Virus record (IMG/VR): IMGVR_UViG_3300011226_000001
Coordinates: 192,001 to 256,000 of that record
DNA from: a virus
Taxonomy: Duplodnaviria; Caudoviricetes
Reading direction: 5' to 3' (one strand)
Length of the DNA stretch: 64,000 bases
A model generated the notes under the pieces. That model saw nothing but the letters and a program-made list of their open reading frames with translations, was not told the DNA's origin and did not search any database. Below, piece after piece: positions 29,737 through 39,263 of the stretch. Position 1 is the stretch's first letter, and the number at the start of each line of letters is the position of its first letter. The position numbers and the translations under genes are program-made.

Positions 29737-30564
29737 GTGGCTAACTATCTGATGCCCGCCGATGGTGGGCAAGCCACTGCTGTTGGTGCAACACGATCCC
29801 GCGACGATGTTATCTCTGTAGACAACATGTATCGCGTCAAGATCTACAACAAAAGTGGCACAATCAAGTTCACTGGATTCATTCCACCTGACTTCTCATT
29901 TAGCCTGTCTTCTCAATGGGATGCACCGTTCGCTAACACGACACTTGCTGACCTTGCAGAGAAAGGCGGTAACGCTCTTGGCGGTATGGGCGGTAGTCCT
30001 GTGCGTGATGCTATCGGTGCTGCTGGTCGTTTCGTAGGAAACAACGCAGGTGCTGCTGATAAAGCTCTGCGCTTCGCTGGTGCAAGCTCAATGCACAAGC
30101 TGGCAAGTGCTCGCGTGTGGGGAGGACCGAGTTATCTCTCAATCGATCTGCCTATCTTCGTTGATGCTTATTCCGATACGAAGACCGAAGTTGTTGATAC
30201 GACTATCAACCTGCTGTCGCTATGTGCACCGTCAGAAAAAGGCGGTCTGCTGTTACCTCCGGGTCCTAGTCCATTGAAGTCTGTGAGCATGGAAACGCTC
30301 ACTATGGCTGCTAGTGGTCAAGGTGCTGATGCTGCTAACGCTGCAATCGGTAACATCCTGGAGGACAGTGAGGCGTTCTTCGTTGATATTGGTAATTTCT
30401 TCTCAATGAGTCCCTGCGTCATTGATAGCGTCAATGCTAACTTCGATAACGTGTGGGAAGATGGGACGGGTAACCCTATCAGCGTTGACTTCATCCTGCA
30501 GGTCAGTAGCTACTTCGCAGTAACGCGAGAGGACTTGAGAAAATGGCTGAAACAATCGCAGTGA
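29737..30564 (+). CDS. Baseplate/tube initiator protein (gp48/gp54-like)
   Basis: Position after the tape measure gene; CVIDSVNANFD...GNPIS tube-like C-terminus. Confidence 0.5.
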   Translation: MANYLMPADGGQATAVGATRSRDDVISVDNMYRVKIYNKSGTIKFTGFIPPDFSFSLSSQWDAPFANTTLADLAEKGGNALGGMGGSPVRDAIGAAGRFVGNNAGAADKALRFAGASSMHKLASARVWGGPSYLSIDLPIFVDAYSDTKTEVVDTTINLLSLCAPSEKGGLLLPPGPSPLKSVSMETLTMAASGQGADAANAAIGNILEDSEAFFVDIGNFFSMSPCVIDSVNANFDNVWEDGTGNPISVDFILQVSSYFAVTREDLRKWLKQSQ

Positions 30565-30836
30565 TTGACAAGTGGGGGATAGACCCTCTGACCATGAAAG
30601 TGTTCGACGATGTGGATAGCGCTGTCTACAGCAATCCGATTCGTATCGACGCCTCTATGGAGGGTAACCCTCAACTCTTGTCGCACAACACATACGGTAC
30701 GAACGCTAACTGGGCGTTGTTGCTTATTGCTAACGCGCTGCTGCATCCATCTGAGATGACTGCCGGTATGCTTATGGCAATCCCCATGAAGCGCCCTAGT
30801 GCCGCAATAAAACAAGTTAAGAGGACGCAAATATAA
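30543..30836 (+). CDS. LysM-like baseplate protein (gp53/gpX-like)
   Basis: PQLLSHNTYG...WALLLIANAL..P.EM.AG..MAIP pattern. Confidence 0.65.
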   Translation: MAETIAVIDKWGIDPLTMKVFDDVDSAVYSNPIRIDASMEGNPQLLSHNTYGTNANWALLLIANALLHPSEMTAGMLMAIPMKRPSAAIKQVKRTQI

Positions 30837-31255
30837 TGGCAATGGTTAACGGCAAAATCGTTGGTGCGAAAGCGAAGAAGATCAAGGACAGTTTGAAGAA
30901 GTCTAAGAAGTCCGAGAAGCTGTCTGAGAAAGACGCAGAACTCAAGCGTCCGAAAGAGAAGAAGGCCAAGAAGGAAGAGAAGCCTGTTAAGGCAAAGAAG
31001 AAGACTCGCGTAGAGACTTCTGAGCCTGAGCTGTTTCGCATTCAGATTGGACCTCATGGCTTCTTGTCTGTAGACCTCGCTGACGACGATGCCGGTAACC
31101 GTGTCGTTGAAGTGCGTAAGTGGTACAACACCAAAAACGATTCTGAAATCAAGCCCGGTCGTGGTGGATTCAACATGCAAGCGAAGTCTGCTGATCTCAA
31201 GCTGCTCGCTGCGCGTCTGAAAGCCATTGCGATTGAGCTTGACGCTGAGGGCTAA
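30836..31255 (+). CDS. PC4/p15-like ssDNA-binding protein with Lys-rich N-terminal tail
   Basis: VEVRKWY...EIKPGRGGFNM matches the PC4 signature (VxIRExY...xKPGxKGIxL). Confidence 0.7.
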   Translation: MAMVNGKIVGAKAKKIKDSLKKSKKSEKLSEKDAELKRPKEKKAKKEEKPVKAKKKTRVETSEPELFRIQIGPHGFLSVDLADDDAGNRVVEVRKWYNTKNDSEIKPGRGGFNMQAKSADLKLLAARLKAIAIELDAEG

Positions 31256-31257
31256 TC

Positions 31258-33153
31258 ATGTCTGACCACGCAACTTCTGGTGGCGTGAAGGATCAAGGTT
31301 ATTTTGGGCTACTGTTAGACGGCAAAGCACCGCCGTCTATGCCTAACTTGATTCGTTCTGTACACGTCTACGAAAACACCTTTGCTTTACCCTGCGCTCT
31401 GATCATATTCTCTGACCAGACGAACGTATTACGATCCACTCACGCGATTGTGGACGGCACTAAGATAACGATGGTGATGGGCCCTGATCAGGAATCAGCG
31501 TCAACGCTTACGTTCTCTGTATTCGCAGTCAGGGAGTACGGTGAAGGTGGCACACCGATGCTTAATGTGCTGTGTATTCTCGACGCACCTACCTTCATCT
31601 TCGATACCCGCAGCTTTAGCATACGCGGTACTTCTATCGACGCTCTCAAACAAGTTGCATCGTTCGGCGGACTAACGCCTGACTTCGGTGACGTGCAGAC
31701 CTCTGATATCATGAACTGGGTATCTGCTGCATCAAGCCCTAAGAAGTTCTGTCACGAAATCGAACAGCACATGTGGATATCGGAAGAAGCGCTGCCGAAG
31801 ATGTTCATCACTGCTGACAAGCGCATGGTCGTTCGTGATATAAACAAGCTATTCGAAGACGACCCGAAAGCGTATTGGCTATTCAACCACAAACCGACTG
31901 GCGATACTCCACTGTATAACTTGCATGAGTTTCGTCCCAAGTCCATGAGTGGTGTGTTCAACGGTATGTCTAACTACGGCGAGAAGCTGTTATGGACAGA
32001 CTCTGACGGTAAGACGAATGAGCTTTCGTCTGTGACTGTTAAGAGCACCGACCCGCTGAACATTAACAGCGACACTCGTGGTGATATTGCAGGTACACGC
32101 AAGCAATACGCTCGACCGACGAACGATATCAACCTGCACGATAAATACCAACAGGCATACTACTCGAACAAGCGTCAATCAATGACGTACACTGAAACTG
32201 CTCGTGCGCTCATACTAGGTGGATGCCCGGAAGTAGACCTGTTCGATATCGTTGACGTATCTGCTGGTGTGATTAACGGTCAGCGTCAAGTTGAAACCGA
32301 TATCAAGGTGTCAGGCAAATGGCTTGTCATCGGACGTACCCGCGTATTCGTTGGCGGCATGTACAGTGAAGCATTCCTGTTGAGTCGTAACTTCACACCT
32401 GTTGAGGGTACGTCGAACATTGGCGGTGGATCGAACATCATTCAAACGCCTCTGTCTACTGTTGCTAATGTCCTGCGTCCGTTCCAGATTAACGCGAACA
32501 TCAAACAGGCGCTCGACGGTTCGAACCCTATTGACTGGATAGCGCAGCAGCACAACTTACAGCTTGATATCATGCTTGACCAGTTCCAGACTGATAGCGA
32601 GATGTTCAAGTTCCCTGAGCTGGCCGCTAAGTACGGTGAAGGTGTTGACTACCTGAACAGCCTGATGCAAGAGTTCAACATGGCCAAGTACCTAACAGGT
32701 ATCTGTAACGTGCTGAACAGCCTTGAGAAGCTGAGTGTCAATCTGGCAATCAACTACAAAGGCAGCATACTCGGTGCACTTGCAGGACGCATCGACGCTA
32801 TGGAAAACATGCTCAGTGGATTCACAGGTGATGTGAACAGCTTGATCGCTAACGGTGATATCCCTGCTGAGTATCTTGATGGTCCTCAGATCAATCAGCG
32901 TTGTGTCAGTAACAAGATTGACGACATGAACCGTATGTTGACTGATGCTCTGCCTGATAAGTGTCTGGATGCGTTGTCTATCAGCAAGCTGCTCGGACCA
33001 AGCACTAACCTTGCGCAACTCATTCGTCAGCAGGAAGAGAACCTGCGTAACTTCTTATGCTCTCTCGGTGACGGTACTGTTGACGGTTCAGGCAAGCACG
33101 GTACGCCTGACGGTGAGAAGCTCGAAATGTATTTACCACGGGTGAACAAATGA
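31258..33153 (+). CDS. Baseplate hub protein (gp27/gpD-like) with helical C-terminal extension
   Basis: Position before the spike gene; VSGKWLVIG motif. Confidence 0.6.
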   Translation: MSDHATSGGVKDQGYFGLLLDGKAPPSMPNLIRSVHVYENTFALPCALIIFSDQTNVLRSTHAIVDGTKITMVMGPDQESASTLTFSVFAVREYGEGGTPMLNVLCILDAPTFIFDTRSFSIRGTSIDALKQVASFGGLTPDFGDVQTSDIMNWVSAASSPKKFCHEIEQHMWISEEALPKMFITADKRMVVRDINKLFEDDPKAYWLFNHKPTGDTPLYNLHEFRPKSMSGVFNGMSNYGEKLLWTDSDGKTNELSSVTVKSTDPLNINSDTRGDIAGTRKQYARPTNDINLHDKYQQAYYSNKRQSMTYTETARALILGGCPEVDLFDIVDVSAGVINGQRQVETDIKVSGKWLVIGRTRVFVGGMYSEAFLLSRNFTPVEGTSNIGGGSNIIQTPLSTVANVLRPFQINANIKQALDGSNPIDWIAQQHNLQLDIMLDQFQTDSEMFKFPELAAKYGEGVDYLNSLMQEFNMAKYLTGICNVLNSLEKLSVNLAINYKGSILGALAGRIDAMENMLSGFTGDVNSLIANGDIPAEYLDGPQINQRCVSNKIDDMNRMLTDALPDKCLDALSISKLLGPSTNLAQLIRQQEENLRNFLCSLGDGTVDGSGKHGTPDGEKLEMYLPRVNK

Positions 33154-33938
33154 TTCCACTCAATACAGTTAACGGGAAGAAGGGTATCGACCCGCAAATG
33201 GAATATGAGGCCATCGTTATAGACAATAACGACCCTCAACAAATCGGTCAGATTCGTGCTCGTATCATGGGTCTGAGTGATGACATTGCCGACGAGATGA
33301 TACCGTGGATTCGTCCCGCTGTTGGTCATCTCGAAGGACTGAAAGGTGGCTCTACAGGCGTTGTGTTCGGTGCGTCATTCATCCCGACTCGTGGTGCTAA
33401 GGTGAGCGTCAAGTTCCCTACAGGTCAGTTGCATGAGGGCATGTACACTACTAACGTGCGTATGACGAAAGCAGACATTCTGCCTGAGTTTCTCGTCAAC
33501 TACCCGCATCGTATTGGTGTACGTCTGTCTACGGGTACGCAGTTAATCATCGACCGCATGACTAACGAACACTTCCTCGTTACGTCTGGTGATTTCCACA
33601 TGACAATCATGGGTGATGTTAACCAAACGATTGTTGGCAACCAGCAGCTTATCGTCACTGGCACGAAGAATGATATTCCTGATTACATTCTGAATGACCC
33701 GACGATGACGCCTAAGAATCTAAAGCCTGACCCCAAGAAGCGTATCAAGTTTAAAGGTACTGCGAAGGGTGATGGTGGTAATCAGTATACCAAGATTACG
33801 GGCAACCAGACTGTTGAGATCGAAGGTAGTCGCAAGGTCACTGTTAAAGGCGATGACACGCTTGACGTTAAAGGTGCTGTGAGCATTGAAGCGGGTCAGG
33901 AAGTAACTGTAAATGGACAGACAATCAACCTGAACTAA
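33150..33938 (+). CDS. Baseplate central spike (gp5/VgrG-like: OB fold plus beta-helix)
   Basis: VIDNNDPQQIGQIRARI, IPWIRP and IPTRGAKV motifs; 8-residue repeats (ITGNQTVE, IEGSRKVT, VKGDDTLD); ends INLN. Confidence 0.85.
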   Translation: MIPLNTVNGKKGIDPQMEYEAIVIDNNDPQQIGQIRARIMGLSDDIADEMIPWIRPAVGHLEGLKGGSTGVVFGASFIPTRGAKVSVKFPTGQLHEGMYTTNVRMTKADILPEFLVNYPHRIGVRLSTGTQLIIDRMTNEHFLVTSGDFHMTIMGDVNQTIVGNQQLIVTGTKNDIPDYILNDPTMTPKNLKPDPKKRIKFKGTAKGDGGNQYTKITGNQTVEIEGSRKVTVKGDDTLDVKGAVSIEAGQEVTVNGQTINLN

Positions 33939-33948
33939 AGGACGCATC

Positions 33949-34674
33949 ATGCGCACTGTACTACAACGTGTTATGAACTTCGCATATCTGGACGGTGGGG
34001 TTCCTCGTGTCGTTACTGCCCGTGTTATGATTCAGCATCCGCTGGGTCTACAGGGCAGCGCACTACACGTTATGTCCAACATTGCTATGCAACGCACCAA
34101 GCTGTTCTTCATCAACGACGAAGATGTTGAGATGCAGAGCGGTACCCTCGTAACTGATCACATTAGCTGGAAATTCAATGACCGCAGCGTTACAGCCATA
34201 CCACGCGCCAAGAAAGACCCTTCGAACTATAGCTGCATCTGTTGTGCTATGGCTGACTACTTTGAGCGCTGTATGCAGAGCTGGCTGCGCAACCGTCGTG
34301 ATGCGATTGATTTCATTACGGTGGACGTTGTTGTTGCTGACCATGAAGATGCACAGTACATTGAAGATATCAAACCAGAGCTGGGATGCAACTTTTTCGA
34401 AGCGTCTGTCTTTGTGTTGGAAACCTCTTCCAGTACGTGGTCTAACATGGGTGTGCTCATTACTGATAAGCAGCGCTTTTCTGGCCATACCATCTTTCTT
34501 GCGGAAAAAGGACGCGATACCGTCAGTTCATCGCATCTGCAAATCGACGTCACAGGTTTTAATCCTTACGGTGGCCCTGGTGATAACGGCAGTCTCTATA
34601 ACGTCCTCGGCGATTTCACTGATAAGTTCGGTATTTTCAATGGCGTCCTTATGATTAAGGAGAACACCAAGTGA
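33949..34674 (+). CDS. Hypothetical protein
   Basis: AAGGA RBS, 241-aa ORF within the operon. Confidence 0.55.
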   Translation: MRTVLQRVMNFAYLDGGVPRVVTARVMIQHPLGLQGSALHVMSNIAMQRTKLFFINDEDVEMQSGTLVTDHISWKFNDRSVTAIPRAKKDPSNYSCICCAMADYFERCMQSWLRNRRDAIDFITVDVVVADHEDAQYIEDIKPELGCNFFEASVFVLETSSSTWSNMGVLITDKQRFSGHTIFLAEKGRDTVSSSHLQIDVTGFNPYGGPGDNGSLYNVLGDFTDKFGIFNGVLMIKENTK

Positions 34675-34961
34675 CGTTTGATATCTGGTGTGGCTCTGTA
34701 CCATCTGCGGCAGAAGCACAGCACATCTACGAGCTAATGGGAAGAACAATGAAGAAGGTGGGTAAACCCTTCTTCGCGCATACGCTTGTTATCTCAGGTC
34801 CTGCTGCTGACAGTGCATTCGATGCACTGTCTCATGCTGGCTGCAACGTGTCTAAGAAGCCTACCAAGCATCGTGTGAAACATGCTGTCGTTATCTCTGG
34901 ACCTGCACCGCGTGACTTTATGCAGAATCGCAAGCAAGTGCTTAACTGTCCGCGCGACTGA
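34671..34961 (+). CDS. Hypothetical protein
   Basis: AAGGAG RBS, GTGA overlap with the upstream stop. Confidence 0.55.
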   Translation: MTFDIWCGSVPSAAEAQHIYELMGRTMKKVGKPFFAHTLVISGPAADSAFDALSHAGCNVSKKPTKHRVKHAVVISGPAPRDFMQNRKQVLNCPRD

Positions 34962-34962
34962 C

Positions 34963-34970
34963 GCTAATTT
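34963..34970 (+). promoter_or_regulatory. Candidate late promoter GCTAATTT
   Basis: Recurrent motif in a 32-nt intergenic gap. Confidence 0.55.
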
Positions 34971-34993
34971 AGCTGAGACTATCGTATAAGGAG

Positions 34994-35500
34994 ATGTCCA
35001 TGCTTTCGCTATCACAAGCGTGGGGCACAAAGTTTTTCCCCACCGCCGTCGAGCCTAAATCGCTCGCAACTCTTATCTTTGCCTCGGCTATGAATCTGAC
35101 TGGCGCTCGCTCTCTTTCTGAGTCTGCGGTAGAACAGAATTGTCATCGCGCTGCGCAAGTGGCACGTCCGTTTGCAGAAGCCGCCGAGTTCATTCAGCGT
35201 GTCTACAACAAACACCCTAACTACGAGATTGTTGTACTCGGTCAAGGTGGTATGGCATCGCATTCCGTTGTAGCAGACGAAGAAGGTCGCATCGTGTTTG
35301 ACACGTATGAATCCTGTCGTCTGCAATACTTCCCTGGCTGCTCGTATTCGTACAACATGCCGGGATTCGTGAACGAGCTTTCGCCTCAGGCGCGCATGTC
35401 TCTTTATGAAGCGTATAAAGAGTTGCAGCAACAAGGTCTGTGGAAAGATAATGCTGGTTCGTGGGATGTTGACCTGCCACGGGGACTCGATTCATTATGA
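34994..35500 (+). CDS. Hypothetical protein, possible papain/transglutaminase-like Cys-His-Asp fold
   Basis: QNCH...SHSVV...VFD order; starts MSMLSLS. Confidence 0.4.
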   Translation: MSMLSLSQAWGTKFFPTAVEPKSLATLIFASAMNLTGARSLSESAVEQNCHRAAQVARPFAEAAEFIQRVYNKHPNYEIVVLGQGGMASHSVVADEEGRIVFDTYESCRLQYFPGCSYSYNMPGFVNELSPQARMSLYEAYKELQQQGLWKDNAGSWDVDLPRGLDSL

Positions 35501-35955
35501 TGATCAACGTATCATTGTCTGCCAAACTGCCACACGAGAAGAAACCTCGTAAGCAGTCTGGCGTTATTCCTTACAGAAAGAGAAGTGATGGTACGGTCGA
35601 GCTGCTGCTGATTCGCACCACACATGCTGGCAACTGGGGTCTGCCGAAAGGCGGAGTTGAAAAAGGAATGACGCCCCTCGACAGTGCGCTGAAAGAAGCT
35701 ATGGAAGAAGCTGGTGTTCTCGGTAAGCCGAAAGACTTCGTAGATATCATGCGATACGTCAAAGGCAAAACCGGCCGTGCGCAACACGTTGAATGGTACA
35801 TCATGAAGGTCAAGACTATGCTGACCGAGTATGATGAAGCTCTGACGCGTGAACGCAAATGGTTTAAAGCTGATAAAGCTCTGCGCAAACTGGATAAGAA
35901 ACTTCGTCCTATCGTAGAGCAAGCCCTGGACATTATCGACTCGTATGGCTTATAG
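35497..35955 (+). CDS. NUDIX hydrolase
   Basis: Nudix box GGVEKGMTPLDSALKEAMEEAG, preceded by WGLPK. Confidence 0.92.
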   Translation: MMINVSLSAKLPHEKKPRKQSGVIPYRKRSDGTVELLLIRTTHAGNWGLPKGGVEKGMTPLDSALKEAMEEAGVLGKPKDFVDIMRYVKGKTGRAQHVEWYIMKVKTMLTEYDEALTRERKWFKADKALRKLDKKLRPIVEQALDIIDSYGL

Positions 35956-36436
35956 TAGGCGCAAAGCTGAACCCATTCAGACTGCCGTGTTCAAGTCAAT
36001 GAGCCGTCCTGATAAGACGGCCTTTCTTACAGAAGCTGCACAGCGCTACTGGATTGACAAACGCTATTCATGCCACATTGAACTTGGTTTGATTAAGCAT
36101 GGTAACTTAAGGGCTGACGTGTTCTGCCTGAATACCAAATGCGATATGATTATCACTGAGGTAAAGAGTTGCTGGGCTGACTTCAACACCGACAAGAAGT
36201 GGCACAAGTATTTGCCTTTCTGTATGCGCATGTACTTCATCATTGACGAACAACTGTTTGAATCGCACGGCGAACGCATCATTGACCGAATCAAAGAACT
36301 CGGTTGTGGTTTGATTGTCGTGAATAAGTTCGGCTCTGCATCTGTCAGAAGCAACGCCAAGCGAAAGACAATGAAGAACGAAATCGTGGCGAAATTGCTC
36401 ATTAAAGCCGCATGGCGTGGTGGGCGTTTTGCCTAA
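35945..36436 (+). CDS. MmcB-like PD-(D/E)XK nuclease
   Basis: LRADV...ITEVKSCWADFNTDKKWHKYLPFCMRMYF closely follows the MmcB pattern. Confidence 0.8.
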   Translation: MAYSRRKAEPIQTAVFKSMSRPDKTAFLTEAAQRYWIDKRYSCHIELGLIKHGNLRADVFCLNTKCDMIITEVKSCWADFNTDKKWHKYLPFCMRMYFIIDEQLFESHGERIIDRIKELGCGLIVVNKFGSASVRSNAKRKTMKNEIVAKLLIKAAWRGGRFA

Positions 36437-36445
36437 GGACTCATT

Positions 36446-37060
36446 ATGAAACCAACCTATGTTTTAATTGAAGGCGGTGAAGGTGGCGGTAAGTCTACCG
36501 TATGTACTGCTCTGTCTGAGATACTGACGCAACGCGGTATTAATACTCTGCGCTTACGTGAGCCTGGCGGTACGCCTTTGGCCGAGCACATCCGTGACGT
36601 TCTGCTGTCCAACTCGAATCCTCTTAATGAGGATATGGACCCTCGAACCGAACTGCTGCTGTTCCTTGCTGCACGTTCCTCGACGATGACTGCGTATGAG
36701 CGCATTCTCGCTAACGAACCTAACACGATCATCATCGCCGACCGAGGCTACCCATCCACCTATGTCTATCAGGCAGGTGAGTCTGACGTTAACGCGCACA
36801 TCTATCAGCATACTTGGGAAGCACTCGCTCCTGAGAATCGTCTGACCGTGCTGCTGACGTGTAGCTATGAAACTTCCATTGAACGCAGGAAGATTCGTAT
36901 CGGCGGTGAAGACCGTATCGAGAAGCGTCAGACCAAAGAAGTGTACGAGCAATACAACCAACGCTACCTTGAAGTGCCTGGTGGTTTCGATCTGGTTATC
37001 GACACTGAGGTCAATTCAGTGTCTGATGTTGTTCGTCAAATTCTCGCCAGACTGTCATGA
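36446..37060 (+). CDS. tmk: Thymidylate kinase
   Basis: IEGGEGGGKST P-loop, REPGGTPLAEHIR, ELLLFLAAR, ADR and DRIE. Confidence 0.93.
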   Translation: MKPTYVLIEGGEGGGKSTVCTALSEILTQRGINTLRLREPGGTPLAEHIRDVLLSNSNPLNEDMDPRTELLLFLAARSSTMTAYERILANEPNTIIIADRGYPSTYVYQAGESDVNAHIYQHTWEALAPENRLTVLLTCSYETSIERRKIRIGGEDRIEKRQTKEVYEQYNQRYLEVPGGFDLVIDTEVNSVSDVVRQILARLS

Positions 37061-37491
37061 ATTTAAGCCTGTTCTCGTCGATGCCAAAAGCTCGACAAGA
37101 GGCGGTACTGAAAAAGATTTGCGAAGACAACGCGTTCATCCCACAGTTCGAACAGCGATTTTTAACCATGTCGTTGTTCTCTGTTCGCAAGTCGCGTAAT
37201 CAGAACACGGATGTTTTTTCGTATCGCCCAACCAAAGGCCAGCACATGGCTGTTGGCTATAGGATTCAGTACGTCAAAGGTAAATACGTTGCTGAACCGT
37301 GGTGCTTCGTTGTCCCTGACGCAATGAAGTCTACCGGCGAAGAGATTAACACTCGACCAGACAAAGCGCTTTACTTCGGGTCAATTGTACCTGACAGTCT
37401 GCTCGAACAGCACGGTACTCTTGCGTACAGCTTGATGCTGGGCAATCTTAACCTGCTCAAGCAGAACGCCTTCCGCATTGTTTCGTATTAG
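37057..37491 (+). CDS. Hypothetical protein
   Basis: ATGA overlap with the tmk stop. Confidence 0.55.
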   Translation: MNLSLFSSMPKARQEAVLKKICEDNAFIPQFEQRFLTMSLFSVRKSRNQNTDVFSYRPTKGQHMAVGYRIQYVKGKYVAEPWCFVVPDAMKSTGEEINTRPDKALYFGSIVPDSLLEQHGTLAYSLMLGNLNLLKQNAFRIVSY

Positions 37492-37499
37492 GGATTTAT

Positions 37500-39263
37500 A
37501 TGAACCTCATTAAAAAGCAGTCCTCGATCATTCGTGATCTGAGTATCATGCCGTTAACCGTCAGCCGAATTGGCGATGCGTTTGTTGGCCTTAGCTCCAG
37601 CAACGTTGCCTATGCTTGGCGTCACGGTGAAATCTTTGACTTCGCTGCTGGTAGCGATGTACGCTTCGAATCACTGAATGCGAATACCATCGAACGTATC
37701 AGCGGCCTGAACTTTGCGGGTAAGCACGAAGATGTAGGTACAACCGTTTTCATGTCCAGCACAAGCGCCGTGCATCTGCATCTTGGCGATAAGCGCGAAC
37801 CGTATTCTGTAGCGTCTTCATTCGACCTGATGCCGGCCGTGCGTGACTTCGCTGCATCGCTGTCTAATACCGGTAAGGCAATGGAGATTGCTTCTGAGTC
37901 TGCCGGTGCTCGCACTTACGCTACGTACACAGGTAAGAAAGTCGTTGTCGATGACGCTAACGACGAGTATGACCTTGAGCTGGAGAAGGGCGACAAGTAC
38001 AGCATGGTTTATCTGAACCGTGACCGCTATGAGTTGCGCCTGAAAGATGAACCGAAGATTGTGTTTATCGTTCGTGGTCATCTGCGTGTCGCTAACATCA
38101 TTGGTCAGACTGAGTTCACTAAACAGTTTGGCGCAATCGCTAACGACAAAGCAAACACGTTCCAGCCGGTCGGTGTTGTTGGTCGCAACATGGCTACGCC
38201 TTTGCAGATCAAGAAAGACACAGTTATCTACACGTACCGCAAGAAACACTATCTGCCGCAGAACCTTGTTGTTCCGCTTGAGAAGATTCTTGATGGTGCG
38301 TCACTGTCTAAGCTGATCGACAGCCTCAAGCCGGTTAAAGAAAACAAGCATATCGTCAAAGGTAAGCTGGTGGGTGTTAAGCTGCCGCCGCTAGCTGGCG
38401 GTAAGAAGATTGCTTCTGACCAACCTATTAAGAAAAACGTGCAGGCTGTTTACGGTGCGTTCTTCCCTGTGTCTGCCTCTCAGCCTAACCGTAGTCGTGT
38501 TGTCTTCGGTAAGACCGTGAAAGAAGCGCAGACGAAAGCGGTTGAAGCTGTTAATCGCATGGCGGTGCCGACAGACTACTACCTGTTCAGTACAACCACC
38601 AGCGATGAATTGTATGACCTCGCTAAGGGTGGCTCTGTGTTGATTCGCGCTACCGGTGTGTTGCAGCATACGTATGCCAATGCGAAGCACGTATCGCTCG
38701 GCTACATGGACAACCAGACCGAACTGCGTGATCCTGTGAAAGTAGGCGTGCCTGAGTTGCGTGTTGCTGCTATCAATCAGAACACGAAAGAGGTTGTCAA
38801 AGAAGTGCTGCGTCTTCTGACAGAAGGCTACTTCAACACAGGTCTGCATCTGTCTGTGCGTCAACCGGAAGAAGCAATCAGCTTCGAAGGTACATTTGAC
38901 CCACGTACTCGCGATCAGCTTACTGGTATCGGCCGCCGCATCGCTGCGTATCTCAAGCAGAACGGTGTGAAGCTGGAGAACGGTATGATTCGCGCTGCGT
39001 TCGGACAGAAACGTGCAGAACTGCGATTCAAGCTGCCTACGCTTTCAGGCGCTGCTTTGCAATCTGTAAATAAGATTCAGACAGACGAACCAACTCTGAA
39101 TGCTCCGATTTATGCGACCATCAAGCCTAAACAGCCGACTGTCGAAATCACTGCATTCAACCGCCACACTGGTTACGTGACTGTACGCGCTCAACGCGGT
39201 CCTGAACTGTACTCTGAGCCGTATGAAACTTTATATTCGAATATTGAACGTAAAGCGTTCTAA
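37500..39263 (+). CDS. Hypothetical protein with S-x-S-rich N-terminal region and the shared ~65-aa domain (candidate internal head protein)
   Basis: IASESAG directly precedes YATYTG...LEKGDKYSM. Confidence 0.6.
   Translation: MNLIKKQSSIIRDLSIMPLTVSRIGDAFVGLSSSNVAYAWRHGEIFDFAAGSDVRFESLNANTIERISGLNFAGKHEDVGTTVFMSSTSAVHLHLGDKREPYSVASSFDLMPAVRDFAASLSNTGKAMEIASESAGARTYATYTGKKVVVDDANDEYDLELEKGDKYSMVYLNRDRYELRLKDEPKIVFIVRGHLRVANIIGQTEFTKQFGAIANDKANTFQPVGVVGRNMATPLQIKKDTVIYTYRKKHYLPQNLVVPLEKILDGASLSKLIDSLKPVKENKHIVKGKLVGVKLPPLAGGKKIASDQPIKKNVQAVYGAFFPVSASQPNRSRVVFGKTVKEAQTKAVEAVNRMAVPTDYYLFSTTTSDELYDLAKGGSVLIRATGVLQHTYANAKHVSLGYMDNQTELRDPVKVGVPELRVAAINQNTKEVVKEVLRLLTEGYFNTGLHLSVRQPEEAISFEGTFDPRTRDQLTGIGRRIAAYLKQNGVKLENGMIRAAFGQKRAELRFKLPTLSGAALQSVNKIQTDEPTLNAPIYATIKPKQPTVEITAFNRHTGYVTVRAQRGPELYSEPYETLYSNIERKAF

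Noticed and set aside
39216-39225. GAGCCGTATG resembling group II intron domain V
   Set aside because: Lies inside a CDS, the complementary 3' arm is missing, and no interrupted gene or maturase is present.
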